Assembly: GCA_045540335.1 (NCBI GenBank)
Contig: JAZQHC010000036.1
Location: 22,092 to 86,091 of the forward strand
DNA length: 64,000 bases
Source: Eubacteriales bacterium
GTDB taxonomy: Bacteria > Bacillota > Clostridia > Oscillospirales > CAG-272
Direction: 5' to 3'
Both the position numbers and the translations under genes were made by a program. Below the pieces are notes generated by a model. That model was not told the DNA's origin. It ran no database searches and saw only the letters and a program-made list of their open reading frames with translations. Positions 19,751 through 29,837 of the stretch are shown here, in pieces (position 1 is the stretch's first letter; each line of letters starts with the position of its first letter).

Positions 19751-20497
19751 TTAAATTTCAGTTTTTTCTTCCAAGCGTTTTTCAAGCTCGTCTATTCTTT
19801 CGCGCAGGCGTGCAAGCTCTGCCGAAACGGGGTCGGGAATGTGTATTTGGTCAAGGTCGGCACCTTGCTGTGCTTGATCAGGCTTTTTGGCAACCGCTTT
19901 AGCGGGAATGCCTACCGCCGTTGTATCTGCAGGCACTTCATGCAGCACGACAGCACCCGCGGCTATCTTCGCATTATCGCCTACGGTAAACGGGCCAAGC
20001 ACCTTTGCACCCGCACCAACCATTACGTTATTGCCCAAGGTTGGGTGGCGTTTGCCTACGTCTTTACCCGTACCGCCAAGGGTAACGCCTTGATATATGG
20101 TACAGTTATCGCCTATTTCGGCAGTTTCACCGATAACGACGCCTGTGCCGTGGTCGATAAACAGCCCCTTGCCTATCGTTGCGCCGGGGTGTATTTCTAT
20201 ACCCGTGGCAAACTTCGCCGCCTGGCTTATCGCCCTTGCCGCAAAGGGGTGTTTTTTGTTTATTTTATGCGCTACGCGGTGCGCCATTACTGCGTGCAAG
20301 CCGGAATACAGCAGCAAAACCTCTGATTTACTCGTTGCCGCAGGGTCTCTTTCCATAATAGACGCGATATCGTCGTTTATATCAAGCACGGTATCTGCCA
20401 TTGAATCTATAAGATCAAGTGCGGCATTGCCGTATTTTACCGCTTTGTGCATTTTTGCAGATGCACTTGATAACGGATTTTTTTTAGTTTTTTTCAT
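19751..20497 (-). CDS. cysE: serine O-acetyltransferase
   Basis: Left-handed beta-helix hexapeptide repeats (GATIGKGLFIDHGTGVVIGETAEIGDNCTIYQGVTLGG). Start moved to M9 behind GGAAGAGGAA. Unusual ~45-aa C-terminal tail ending ...EEKTEI. Confidence 0.9.
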   Translation of the reverse strand: MKKTKKNPLSSASAKMHKAVKYGNAALDLIDSMADTVLDINDDIASIMERDPAATSKSEVLLLYSGLHAVMAHRVAHKINKKHPFAARAISQAAKFATGIEIHPGATIGKGLFIDHGTGVVIGETAEIGDNCTIYQGVTLGGTGKDVGKRHPTLGNNVMVGAGAKVLGPFTVGDNAKIAAGAVVLHEVPADTTAVGIPAKAVAKKPDQAQQGADLDQIHIPDPVSAELARLRERIDELEKRLEEKTEI

Positions 20498-20525
20498 ACT
20501 GACCGTTCCTCTTCCAAACAAGTCT

Positions 20526-22154
20526 TTATTCCCACGTGGGAAGCTGTATGCCGTTTTCTATCAGCCACAAGGGTGAAACGAATACGTCGCCGACTGAAAC
20601 GCTGCAATGGATCCTATCGTCTTCCCCAAAGCCGCTTTCATCGCCCTTGGCAATTTCATCGCCTTGTTTTACCTCGTCACCTACGGTAACGTCTGACACG
20701 TCAAGCCTTGCGTACCACGAACGTACACCGCAGCCGTGGTCGATAACTACAACGCCGCCCCAGATCTCGCTTTCTGCGGCAAAAACTATCTTACCGGACG
20801 CCATTGCCGTTGCACTGTCGCCCTTGTACAAGCGTGAATCAATGCCTATATGGAAGTATTCCGTTTTTTCGCCGCGGAAATATATGGGGTTGCCGTAGCC
20901 GGTTTTATAATCTTGCCTTTCGGTGGGGAAAAGCATTTTATCTTCTGCGTGCCATTCGCTGTATGATTCGTATTCGCAAACGGAGGATATCAACGTTTTT
21001 AAAGCGTTAACGTTTTCTTCCGTTATATATTTCTCGATAGTAGAGCTTTTCAAACTAAAGTTCTTATCGTTATATTCTCTGTCTGTAACGGTGATAGTAT
21101 ATGTTGACCTTTTTTCACCGTATTCCAACGATACCTCGTACGTACCCGGATTTGTAGCGTACGTCGTTGGTATGATAGCATACGAAACGTCGCCTATCGT
21201 ATAGAATTTCGGACTTTCGCAAAGCTTCGGGCTGCTTTCGAATTTCAGCTTTGAAACGTCTGTATTTCTTGCCGCCAAAACTGCAACGCCGCCCTTTTCA
21301 ACGTAGGGCTGGCCGGTTATTTCAAGCGTGGTAGTCCATATTTTGAAGTCGGCAGATGCTTTTACGGTACAAGCAAAGCGGTATTTACCGTTGCCTACGC
21401 CGTTTACGCCGTCTTCCTCTCTCCATTGTACTTCTATTTCAAACGTATATTTCGTCGTTTCGTTGGGGTAAACACCCGTAAATTCTGCAAACGGGCGTTT
21501 TACGCTTTCGCCGTTTTCCGGCGTTACGGTAACGTAAACGTCTGCATCAAGCGGCTTTCTTGAAAACAATATTCCAAGGTCGCCCGAATACACCGTACCG
21601 ATATTTTTCACCTCTTCGGTAACGGGCACTTCAGACTGAACGTACTCGTCTTTAATATTCTTATACCGCCACGAAAATTCGCACGGGTCTATCTTCACAC
21701 CGCCTACCGTAAGTGTAGGTATTTCCCACGTGTAAAGAAATGCTGCCTCGTTCAACGCGGCAAACGCCCTGCCGCTTTCGGTAGGTATTCTGTAAGGCAC
21801 CTCGTCTGCTGTGTTGTAATAATATATTTCGTTCATTTTTTGAAGATTCATGTAAACGGAATACGTTTCCGACGTATTTTTACCGTTCAACGTAATCTTG
21901 AACATGGGGAACATCAAAACCTCTTCGGGAATGCTTTGCACCTGCTCGCCCAAAAGAAATTTCGAAACAACGTCAAGCTTTGCTTTTTCGTTTATAGTTA
22001 CGGGGGTTATACCCGTAGGCTCTATCACGGCGGATTGTATCATATTAGGCGATTCCGCCAGGGTGGTGAAAGGCGGATTGTATGATATAAAAGCCACAAC
22101 GGTAGGGATAAATAAAATTACTACCATTACCGCAACCAAAAATTTATTTTTCAT
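20526..22154 (-). CDS. membrane-anchored M23 peptidase with large N-terminal ectodomain
   Basis: 542 aa. N-terminal TM. C-terminal HIGIDS...VVVIDHGCGVRSWYARL...HCSV LytM-type motifs. The ~400-aa middle region is unassigned. Confidence 0.75.
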   Translation of the reverse strand: MKNKFLVAVMVVILFIPTVVAFISYNPPFTTLAESPNMIQSAVIEPTGITPVTINEKAKLDVVSKFLLGEQVQSIPEEVLMFPMFKITLNGKNTSETYSVYMNLQKMNEIYYYNTADEVPYRIPTESGRAFAALNEAAFLYTWEIPTLTVGGVKIDPCEFSWRYKNIKDEYVQSEVPVTEEVKNIGTVYSGDLGILFSRKPLDADVYVTVTPENGESVKRPFAEFTGVYPNETTKYTFEIEVQWREEDGVNGVGNGKYRFACTVKASADFKIWTTTLEITGQPYVEKGGVAVLAARNTDVSKLKFESSPKLCESPKFYTIGDVSYAIIPTTYATNPGTYEVSLEYGEKRSTYTITVTDREYNDKNFSLKSSTIEKYITEENVNALKTLISSVCEYESYSEWHAEDKMLFPTERQDYKTGYGNPIYFRGEKTEYFHIGIDSRLYKGDSATAMASGKIVFAAESEIWGGVVVIDHGCGVRSWYARLDVSDVTVGDEVKQGDEIAKGDESGFGEDDRIHCSVSVGDVFVSPLWLIENGIQLPTWE

Positions 22155-22179
22155 TTCAAGCCTGCCTTTCTTATCTTTT

Positions 22180-22938
22180 TCACGCGTTTTGCAGCATAAT
22201 ACGCGCTTCCGTGTTTATTTTTCCATCTTCCCTTACGGTGCGGAAATATATTTCGTTTTCTTTTCTGCCGGAATAAACCTTGATAACCTCGCCCAAGGGT
22301 GCTTCTGCGGCAAAATTTATAAGCATACCCGAAATATACATTCCCTTTTGGCCTGTGCCGCGCACGTATGATAATTCGGGCAAAAATGACATATACATAT
22401 CGGGGTAATTGGTGTTGTTCATATGACCGTTAAGGTCGATATCCGAATAAAGTATCGTTTTTTCCCCTGCGTAGTGCATTTCCACATCGTCGGGAACGGT
22501 AAACCTTTTAGGTACGGATATACTGCAAACGTCGTCATCGTGCGTTTGGTCGTTGGCATATTCGCTTACGCGAACTATTTTACTTGCATTTTCGATAATT
22601 GCCCAGTTTGCTGCCCCCTCTGCCACGAGAACGTCCTTGCAGAAAACCTTATACAATCTTTCGATTACAACGCCCTTTTCTTCTTTTACCCAGCTTTCAA
22701 CGCGTATTTTATCATACGCGTGAAGCGGCGAAAACACCGCCATATTCATTTTACAAAGTATGAAGCCCCTTTTGCGGGCAGCCATCTCGTCTATCGTTTT
22801 TTCGCCGTTGGGCATAACACATCTGCGAAGGTGCATATCTGCACATTCCTGCATTCGTTTAAGAATCGCGGATGCCTTCATGTTGCAGAAGGCATCCTCA
22901 TCGTGAACGCTTACAATAAAATCAGATATTTCTTTCAT
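22180..22938 (-). CDS. acyl-ACP thioesterase family protein
   Basis: 252 aa. Double hot-dog size and pattern typical of bacterial FatA-like thioesterases. 1-nt overlap (TGATG) with the fba stop. Confidence 0.7.
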   Translation of the reverse strand: MKEISDFIVSVHDEDAFCNMKASAILKRMQECADMHLRRCVMPNGEKTIDEMAARKRGFILCKMNMAVFSPLHAYDKIRVESWVKEEKGVVIERLYKVFCKDVLVAEGAANWAIIENASKIVRVSEYANDQTHDDDVCSISVPKRFTVPDDVEMHYAGEKTILYSDIDLNGHMNNTNYPDMYMSFLPELSYVRGTGQKGMYISGMLINFAAEAPLGEVIKVYSGRKENEIYFRTVREDGKINTEARIMLQNA

Positions 22939-23867
22939 CAGATCTTGCCGTTAGAGCCAAGAACGTTGATAAGCTTATGGCGAACAAGCTCTTTAATTTC
23001 TGCCCTTGCAACGCCAAGATAGTTTCTGGGGTCGAACACTGCGGGGCTGTTTGTAAATACCCTGCGGATACCTGCCGTCATAGCAAGGCGAATATCAGAG
23101 TCCATATTTATCTTACAAACTGCGCTTGCAGCTGCTTTGCGAAGCATTTCTTCGGGAATACCCTTTGCGCCGCCCATAGAACCGCCGCACGCGTTGATTT
23201 CGGCAACAAGCCTTTCATCTACGCTGGACGCGCCGTGAAGAACGATGGGGTAACCGGGCATTATTTTCGTGATTTCTTCAAGTATATCGAAGCGAAGCTT
23301 TGCTTCACCCGAGAATTTGAACGCGCCGTGGCTTGTGCCGATAGCGATAGCAAGGCTGTCAACGCCCGTTCTGGAAACGAATTCTTCAACCTCGGAGGGC
23401 TTTGTGTAAGAAGCATCCTCTGCGGATACGTTTACTTCGTCTTCAATACCTGCAAGCTTACCAAGCTCGCCTTCTACTACCACGCCTCTTTCGTGCGCGT
23501 AATCAACGACCTTTTTGGTAAGTGCAATATTTTCTTCAAATGATGCGTGCGAGCCGTCTATCATAACGGAAGAAAAGCCTGCATCAATACATTCCTTGCA
23601 CGCTTCGAAGCTTGCGCCGTGGTCAAGGTGAAGCGCAAGGTCGATACCTGTTGTTTTCATAGCGGCATTTACCATGCCCATAAGATATTCTTTACCTGCA
23701 TATTTCATCGCGCTGGAGGAAACCTGCAAAATAACGGGCGATTTTTCTTCTGCACACGCTTCTGTAACAGCTTGGATTATTTCCATATTGTTAATATTGA
23801 ACGCGCCGATAGCATATCCGCCGTCATATGCTTTTTTAAACATTTCTTTAGTTGTAACAAGTGCCAT
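22938..23867 (-). CDS. fba: class II fructose-1,6-bisphosphate aldolase
   Basis: 309 aa. YAIGAFNINNMEIIQAV, LHLDHG and HGASS motifs. Confidence 0.95.
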   Translation of the reverse strand: MALVTTKEMFKKAYDGGYAIGAFNINNMEIIQAVTEACAEEKSPVILQVSSSAMKYAGKEYLMGMVNAAMKTTGIDLALHLDHGASFEACKECIDAGFSSVMIDGSHASFEENIALTKKVVDYAHERGVVVEGELGKLAGIEDEVNVSAEDASYTKPSEVEEFVSRTGVDSLAIAIGTSHGAFKFSGEAKLRFDILEEITKIMPGYPIVLHGASSVDERLVAEINACGGSMGGAKGIPEEMLRKAAASAVCKINMDSDIRLAMTAGIRRVFTNSPAVFDPRNYLGVARAEIKELVRHKLINVLGSNGKI

Positions 23868-24032
23868 TTTTTTACTCCTTACTTTAAAATAACATTATTG
23901 ATAATATTATACGCAATAAATAAATACAAATCTATATTTTTTACTTAATTTGAAATGTCAGATATTAACACTTTTTTAACTGTTTTTTTACTTTTGACCT
24001 TTGCATTTCAAAGGAAAAAGCTCTGTTTTGCC

Positions 24033-24066
24033 GCAAAAAACCGCAGAAAAAAGATTCTGCGGTTTT
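24033..24066 (-). terminator. intrinsic terminator after DUF2156-like gene
   Basis: Minus strand reads AACCGCAGAA-loop-TTCTGCGGTT followed by TTTTTTG. Confidence 0.75.
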
Positions 24067-24076
24067 AATTTATTCG

Positions 24077-24955
24077 TTATATGGTATCGCCGTCGATGCG
24101 TACTGTATATTTTTTTACCATATCACACGGGTGGTACGCCAGCTTTGCGCGCCGAAGCCCTTCGTTGCCCATATCCTCTTCCCTGTTGACGTACAGCACG
24201 CCGTTTACGGCGTTGTGACTTGTAAACTCGCGCACTATCATCTGGTGTGCGCCGCGTATTTCCTGCAATGCTTTTTCGATACGCACGAACAGCGTATCGC
24301 CCTTTACCTCGCCTATTGCAAAGGCAAGTATATTGCCGTTTTTATCTGCCAATGCACCCGCCGATTGCCCGTATATATCAAGGTTTAAAAGTATTTCGGG
24401 GATTTTTCTGTGCTCTTCCTCAAGCATAGGTGTTTTCGGCTTCGATTCAAACAGGGCGTTTGCAAATGCTATAACGCGCGCGGCATTTTCCCCCGTGACG
24501 GGGAAATACTGCCAGCTTGGGTTATTTTTTTCGAAATAATTTGCGTGGTTGCGCTGGCCGTTATACCTTCTGCCTGAAAACGTTTTCAAATCCTCTGCGT
24601 TATACAAATATTCCCACCAATCGGGTATTGGCGTTGCAGTTGTTGAAAAATTCGCGCACAGGTGTGAAAGGCCGCCGCTGTCTGTTATAAGCGAAACGCT
24701 TTTAAATTCACCTATAAGGGCGTTTATACAACCGTTTACGTCTTTTCCAACAGGAAGGTCGAAATACGTATTACCGTCGGCAAAGGTACTTTTTATAACA
24801 AGCGTTTCGTTATAAATACAGTATTCGTATGCGAAGAAATCGCGCCATATCAGCGCATTTCCGGCGGTTTCATCAGAAGAACGGCTTTTCGTTTGCGAAA
24901 AAAATCCGCGAAGCATTTCTGCATTTTGCAATTCTATCGGTTTAAAGGCAAGCAT
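24077..24955 (-). CDS. stand-alone DUF2156 (MprF C-terminal / LPG-synthase-like) domain protein
   Basis: 292 aa. The N-terminal pattern MLAFKPIELQNAEMLRGFF...NALIWRDFFAYEYCIYNETLVIK matches my memory of DUF2156 proteins. No TM domain. Confidence 0.5.
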   Translation of the reverse strand: MLAFKPIELQNAEMLRGFFSQTKSRSSDETAGNALIWRDFFAYEYCIYNETLVIKSTFADGNTYFDLPVGKDVNGCINALIGEFKSVSLITDSGGLSHLCANFSTTATPIPDWWEYLYNAEDLKTFSGRRYNGQRNHANYFEKNNPSWQYFPVTGENAARVIAFANALFESKPKTPMLEEEHRKIPEILLNLDIYGQSAGALADKNGNILAFAIGEVKGDTLFVRIEKALQEIRGAHQMIVREFTSHNAVNGVLYVNREEDMGNEGLRRAKLAYHPCDMVKKYTVRIDGDTI

Positions 24956-24964
24956 ATATCTAAC

Positions 24965-26827
24965 TTATTTTTTATACGTAATTATTGCAGAAGAATATTT
25001 TTCTTCAAGCGTAATTGTGATATCCTTTCCGCTTACAAAGGTGTTTTTACTGTCAAAATCGTAAAATTTATATTCGCCTTGCAGCTCTTTAAGGGATATC
25101 TGCGCTTGTGCGCAAGGTGAATCGGCGCGTCTGAACGCCATTATTACGCCCTCGTCCTTCGCCGGGTCGTGGTATTGCCAGATAACCCACGATGTACTGT
25201 CAAGCCCTGATGATGCGTGGTTGTGGAAGTGGTGTATAAAGTAATCCCTTATAGATTTATACTCCTTACAAATACCTGCAAGCCACTTAACGTCTTCATC
25301 GCTCATTGCGTGGAAAACAGTTGCGTAGCATCCCATACCCCAGCTGGTGGAATACGTGCTTCTTGCCGCGTACGTATCGCCCTTCTTTTTGGTGGTACAG
25401 CCCGTGCAGGGTATCAGCCTTGAAGCATTTGTGTTATGGGTATTCGTAACGTCGGGGTTGGGGTTGAATACGCATTGATAATCCGTTCTGAAAAACGGAA
25501 TCGTTCTTTGAAGCGTTTCAATATCTATTCTTCTTCCGCCTGAAGCACAGTTATCTATTATAAGGTTCGGAAATGCTTCAAGCAATCTGTCCCACACCTC
25601 GTACAAGCCAAGCGTATGGTAAATTTCCGTTATACCGCGCCTGTCGGGCTCGTCTGCCTTTGCCCAGAAAACGTCGGGCGTGCAGTTAAAGTCTTGCCTG
25701 TAACATGAAATATCAAGTGTTTCAATGTGCTTTTTCAAAACCTCGAAATAGTAATCGCGCACTTCCTTTTTTGAAAAATCGGCAAGCAGATAGCCTTGGT
25801 CTGCATCTATAAAATATTCGGGGTGTTGCTGTGCAATGGGTGTTACGGCGGTTGCCTTTTCAAGGTCGAACCAAAGCATAAAGCCTGCGCCTGCCTGCTT
25901 TGCGTTGCGGCAAACCTCTTTAAATTCGTCGGGGTGGGCATCAAGCTTTATTTCCCAGTCGCCTACCTCTTCTGCCCAGATGCTGTCAAAGTTGCAATCG
26001 CTTTTCGCTTTTTTGCCGTTCCACGCTGCATCTACCCAATAATGGTCAAAGCATACGCCGTTTTCGCGGAATCTGTTTATGCGGTTTATCATTTCTTCGC
26101 TGGAAAGACCGCCCCAGAACAGATTTGCAAATATACCGTGGTTGTTTTTAACTACGTTTTTGGGCGTATAGTTTTCGCGCATAAGGTCGCGGAATTTATT
26201 ATATTTATCGTCGTTTTCGTTATACTCCATAACGAGTATTGAAGCGCCCCTTACCTTTTCGCCCGGCTTAAGGTAAAAATCCGCATAGTGAAGGCCTGCC
26301 TTCATACAAACGCCTTCTTTTTGATTTTGAAATTCGGCAATCCAGCTTCCCGTCCAACCGATGGCGGCTATATATCCCTTGCCCTTGCAAGCGATTTCAA
26401 AAAACGGCATTATTTCATCAGACCCTCTGCCCTCGCCGTTTTCGTACGAATGCTTTACGTTTGCGCCGTGAAAATAATCGGTATGAAAAGAAAATTCCTG
26501 TGCAGACCTTTCGTCGTCGTAAGAATACGCCTCCCCTTCTACAAGGCCCTGCATCCAAACTATCTTGGGTGCTTCATCCGTATAGCGGAAGCCCATAAAT
26601 TCGTGAACGTATTCGGGCAACGGAAGCACTACGTCGCAATCGCGTATTTGCGAAAGCTTTTCGCTGTTTTCCGATGAAGTATTTTCATACCACACGACCC
26701 ATTCAACTGCGTCGAATTTTTCGTGCTTTTTAGTAACTACCGTCGTTTTTATCGGGCCGTTACCGTTTTCGTACGGTTTTCCGCCGTACAGAAAAGAAAA
26801 CTGCGGTTTTATCATATAATTCTCCAA
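24965..26827 (-). CDS. glycoside hydrolase, GH36-like (alpha-galactosidase clan GH-D)
   Basis: 620 aa. CYRQDFN (KWD-type nucleophile region) and IDNCASGGRRID (SGGGRxD-type acid/base region). Confidence 0.65.
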   Translation of the reverse strand: MENYMIKPQFSFLYGGKPYENGNGPIKTTVVTKKHEKFDAVEWVVWYENTSSENSEKLSQIRDCDVVLPLPEYVHEFMGFRYTDEAPKIVWMQGLVEGEAYSYDDERSAQEFSFHTDYFHGANVKHSYENGEGRGSDEIMPFFEIACKGKGYIAAIGWTGSWIAEFQNQKEGVCMKAGLHYADFYLKPGEKVRGASILVMEYNENDDKYNKFRDLMRENYTPKNVVKNNHGIFANLFWGGLSSEEMINRINRFRENGVCFDHYWVDAAWNGKKAKSDCNFDSIWAEEVGDWEIKLDAHPDEFKEVCRNAKQAGAGFMLWFDLEKATAVTPIAQQHPEYFIDADQGYLLADFSKKEVRDYYFEVLKKHIETLDISCYRQDFNCTPDVFWAKADEPDRRGITEIYHTLGLYEVWDRLLEAFPNLIIDNCASGGRRIDIETLQRTIPFFRTDYQCVFNPNPDVTNTHNTNASRLIPCTGCTTKKKGDTYAARSTYSTSWGMGCYATVFHAMSDEDVKWLAGICKEYKSIRDYFIHHFHNHASSGLDSTSWVIWQYHDPAKDEGVIMAFRRADSPCAQAQISLKELQGEYKFYDFDSKNTFVSGKDITITLEEKYSSAIITYKK

Positions 26828-26985
26828 TCCTCCGCATATGCGGTAAATGTAAATAGGTATTTTATAAAGGTTTTATGTTCGTATATAATCAAAGCACAGC
26901 GCGAAGCAAAACACCGTGTTGCGGCTTGTTTTCCCGTGTTGAAGGGTTACTGAACAGTCAGCTTGCATATTGCAGGCAACATAAT

Positions 26986-27021
26986 AACCGCCCTTGGAGT
27001 ATAGCACACACAAAGGCGGTT
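26986..27021 (-). terminator. terminator-like hairpin after IMPase-HAD gene
   Basis: AACCGCCCTTGG / CAAAGGCGGTT stem with one bulge and a moderately U-rich tail on the minus strand. Confidence 0.5.
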
Positions 27022-27030
27022 TGTCAACAT

Positions 27031-28464
27031 TTACAAGTAAAGTATATCTTTAAAATCTTTTACGCAGGCAAGCGCCCCGTCGTGCTTGATACCGCCTATT
27101 GCGATAACCTTCATACCCGCGTTTAACGCCGCGTTTATCCCCGCAGAGGAATCTTCAAATACGATAGTTTCCTCGGGCTTACAGCCGCAAAGCTGTGCGG
27201 CAAGCAAAAACAAGTCGGGTGCGGGCTTTTTCGGCAAAGGAAGCGACCCGTCGCACAATGCGTTGAAGTATTTCAGCAAGCCCAATTCTTCTGATATTTT
27301 CTTTGCAAAAATACTTGAAGAAGCAACGGCACATTTTATTTTTCTGCCGTTTAAAAATTGCAAAAATTCCTCTACGCCGCCTATTTTATCCTTTTCGGAA
27401 AGGTTTGCCGTTATTTCGGTATAAACGCGCTCTTTCGTGTCGCCTACGATGCGCTTTTCTTCATCTGTAAGGGGCTTTTGCGATTTATTCGCAATGTAGT
27501 TTACTATATAATCTCTGCCCGTGCTTTTCAAAGGCAGATATTCTTCATCACCGATAACTACGCCGTGCGGTTCGCCGCCTTTATTCCACGCTATCAGATG
27601 GTATTTTTCGGTATCAACCACTACGCCGTCGAAATCGAAAATGCAGCACTTGAATTCGTGGGTGTTGCCGTTTTTATCCTTTATACGCACACAGTCGGAA
27701 AAGCCTTGCCTTATCAATTCCGCAAGCTGTTCATTTGCGCAGGCAACCGCACCGCTGTCGCCAAATCGGTATTTTTCACCTTGCAAATTGGTTACCACGG
27801 CGCCCGCCTCTTGACAAATAACGACGCCCGGCGCTATATCCCAAAGATTGGTGGTGATAACCACCGTACAATCCGTTTTGCCTTGTGCAACGTATGAAAA
27901 ATCGTAGCAAGCCGCGCCAAACATCCTTATTTTTGCGATTCGCGGATATAGATATCCCATGCAATCGTGCTGGGCAGCGGCAATTTCCCCGTTCATGTGG
28001 GAATAATCCCCTATGCTGGCTATCGCGTTATTAAGCGTTACCGATGAATTTACGCGTATGGCTTCCCTGTTGCAAAACGCGCCGCAGCCCTTTGATGCGT
28101 AAAACATCTTATCCTCCCACGGAAGATATATAACGCCAAGCACCGCCGTTTGGTCTTCAAACAAGGCGCATTGCACGCCATGTATCGGTATATCCCTTGC
28201 CATATTACACGTTCCGTCTATGGGGTCTATTACCCATGTTCTGCCGCACAGCTTTTGCGTGGGGGCTGTTTCCTCGCCGTGGATATTGTCGTTTGGAAAA
28301 TGCGCTTTTATCACGTCGGACAGGTATTTTTCTATATTAACGTCAAGGTCGGTAACAAGGTCGAAACGGGATTTTTGCGTTACCGTTCTGTTGCCGTTTG
28401 CCAACGTTTGGTACGCATATTTTATTTTTTCGGTTATTATTTCAATTTCGTGCGAGTAGTTCAT
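27031..28464 (-). CDS. fusion protein: inositol-monophosphatase-family domain + HAD-IA (beta-PGM-like) phosphatase domain
   Basis: N-terminal half has HGEE, WVIDPIDGTCN and WDIAPG (IMPase signature). C-terminal half has FDFDGVVVDT, ASSS and FEDSSAGI (HAD motifs I-IV). 2-nt gap after trpB. Confidence 0.75.
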   Translation of the reverse strand: MNYSHEIEIITEKIKYAYQTLANGNRTVTQKSRFDLVTDLDVNIEKYLSDVIKAHFPNDNIHGEETAPTQKLCGRTWVIDPIDGTCNMARDIPIHGVQCALFEDQTAVLGVIYLPWEDKMFYASKGCGAFCNREAIRVNSSVTLNNAIASIGDYSHMNGEIAAAQHDCMGYLYPRIAKIRMFGAACYDFSYVAQGKTDCTVVITTNLWDIAPGVVICQEAGAVVTNLQGEKYRFGDSGAVACANEQLAELIRQGFSDCVRIKDKNGNTHEFKCCIFDFDGVVVDTEKYHLIAWNKGGEPHGVVIGDEEYLPLKSTGRDYIVNYIANKSQKPLTDEEKRIVGDTKERVYTEITANLSEKDKIGGVEEFLQFLNGRKIKCAVASSSIFAKKISEELGLLKYFNALCDGSLPLPKKPAPDLFLLAAQLCGCKPEETIVFEDSSAGINAALNAGMKVIAIGGIKHDGALACVKDFKDILYL

Positions 28465-28466
28465 AA

Positions 28467-29705
28467 TTAAAGCTCAAATCCTTCGCCGTATCCGTAATGC
28501 TCTGCAACGTAGTCAACGTCTTTATCACCTCTGCCCGACAAGCAAACAAGGATAGAGCCGGTGCCATGCTCTTTTGCGTATTTCATTGCGTATGCAACTG
28601 CGTGCGAGCTTTCCAAAGCGGGTATAATACCCTCGTATCTTGACAAAGCAAAGAACGCTTTAACTGCTTCTTCATCAGTAGCCGTAACGTAATTTATTCT
28701 TCCGCATTCGTGCAGATATGCGTGTTCCGGTCCTACGGAAGGATAGTCAAGACCGCTGGCAATAGAGTAAACGGGGGCAGGATCGCCTTTTTCGTCCTTC
28801 AGCATGATGCTTTTAAAGCCGTGCATTATACCCGGCTCGCCGTAAGACATAGACGCCGCATGGTCGCCGTAGGTGCTGCCTTTACCCAAGGGTTCAACGC
28901 CGTATATTTCAACAGGGTCTGCAAGGAAGCCCGTAAACATACCGATAGAGTTAGAACCGCCGCCTACGCACGCAGTTACGGCGTCGGGCATGATACCCGT
29001 CATTTCAAGAAACTGTTCTCTTGCTTCGATACCTATAACAGACTGAAAATCCCTTACAACCAACGGGAACGGGTGCGGACCGAGAACAGAGCCGATGCAG
29101 TAAATAGCATCTTTATATTCGTTCATATAAGCGTCAAACGCATCATCAACAGCTTCCTTCAAGGTCTTCAAGCCGTGCGTTACGGGTATAACCCTTGCGC
29201 CGAGCATCTTCATTCTTGTAACGTTGGGCGCTTGCTTTGCAATATCAACCTCGCCCATGTATATATCACATTCCAGCCCGAAATATGCAGCTGCAGTAGC
29301 AAGCGCAACGCCGTGCTGACCTGCGCCCGTTTCTGCAATTATTTTTTTCTTACCCATGTATTTTGCAAGCAAGCCTTCGCCCATGCAGTGGTTAAGCTTG
29401 TGCGCGCCCGTATGGTTCAGATCCTCGCGCTTAAGGTATATCTGGCAGTTACCAAGCTTGTTTGAAAGCCTTTCACAGTGATATACCGGGGTGGGCCTGC
29501 CTTGAAACTCTTTCCTTATACGGCGCAATTCGCTTATAAATTTTGCGCTGTGGCATATTGCTTGATACGCATCGCTTATTTCTTTAAACGCAGGCTCTAA
29601 TTCTTTAGGAAGATACGCGCCGCCGTAATTACCGAAAAAGCCGTCTTTAGTGGGAAATTCTTTTGAATATGTTAAAAAATCTTTGTATGTTTTCTTTGTT
29701 TGCAT
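28467..29705 (-). CDS. trpB: tryptophan synthase beta chain (stand-alone)
   Basis: 412 aa. [13 protein letters not shown] (PLP lysine), [30 protein letters not shown]. No trpA or other trp genes in the window. Confidence 0.9.
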   Translation of the reverse strand: MQTKKTYKDFLTYSKEFPTKDGFFGNYGGAYLPKELEPAFKEISDAYQAICHSAKFISELRRIRKEFQGRPTPVYHCERLSNKLGNCQIYLKREDLNHTGAHKLNHCMGEGLLAKYMGKKKIIAETGAGQHGVALATAAAYFGLECDIYMGEVDIAKQAPNVTRMKMLGARVIPVTHGLKTLKEAVDDAFDAYMNEYKDAIYCIGSVLGPHPFPLVVRDFQSVIGIEAREQFLEMTGIMPDAVTACVGGGSNSIGMFTGFLADPVEIYGVEPLGKGSTYGDHAASMSYGEPGIMHGFKSIMLKDEKGDPAPVYSIASGLDYPSVGPEHAYLHECGRINYVTATDEEAVKAFFALSRYEGIIPALESSHAVAYAMKYAKEHGTGSILVCLSGRGDKDVDYVAEHYGYGEGFEL

Positions 29706-29837
29706 GATATTTCTCCTTATTATTTTATATTACGTATTATTCAGCATCTGTTTTACACAACGGCAAGACGCCATCGCTTTGATAAAATAAACATTTTAAG
29801 CCTTCCGTTTTGAAATTTATTTATAGCGGCATTAAAG

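Noticed and set aside
26999-27030. TTGACA-18-TATACT promoter-like sequence on the minus strand overlapping the terminator hairpin after the IMPase-HAD gene. It would give the GH36 gene a long leader.
   Set aside because: The -10 is weak and the element is embedded in the terminator stem. I could not find a conserved structured RNA in the ~150-nt putative leader, so it is not reported as a feature.
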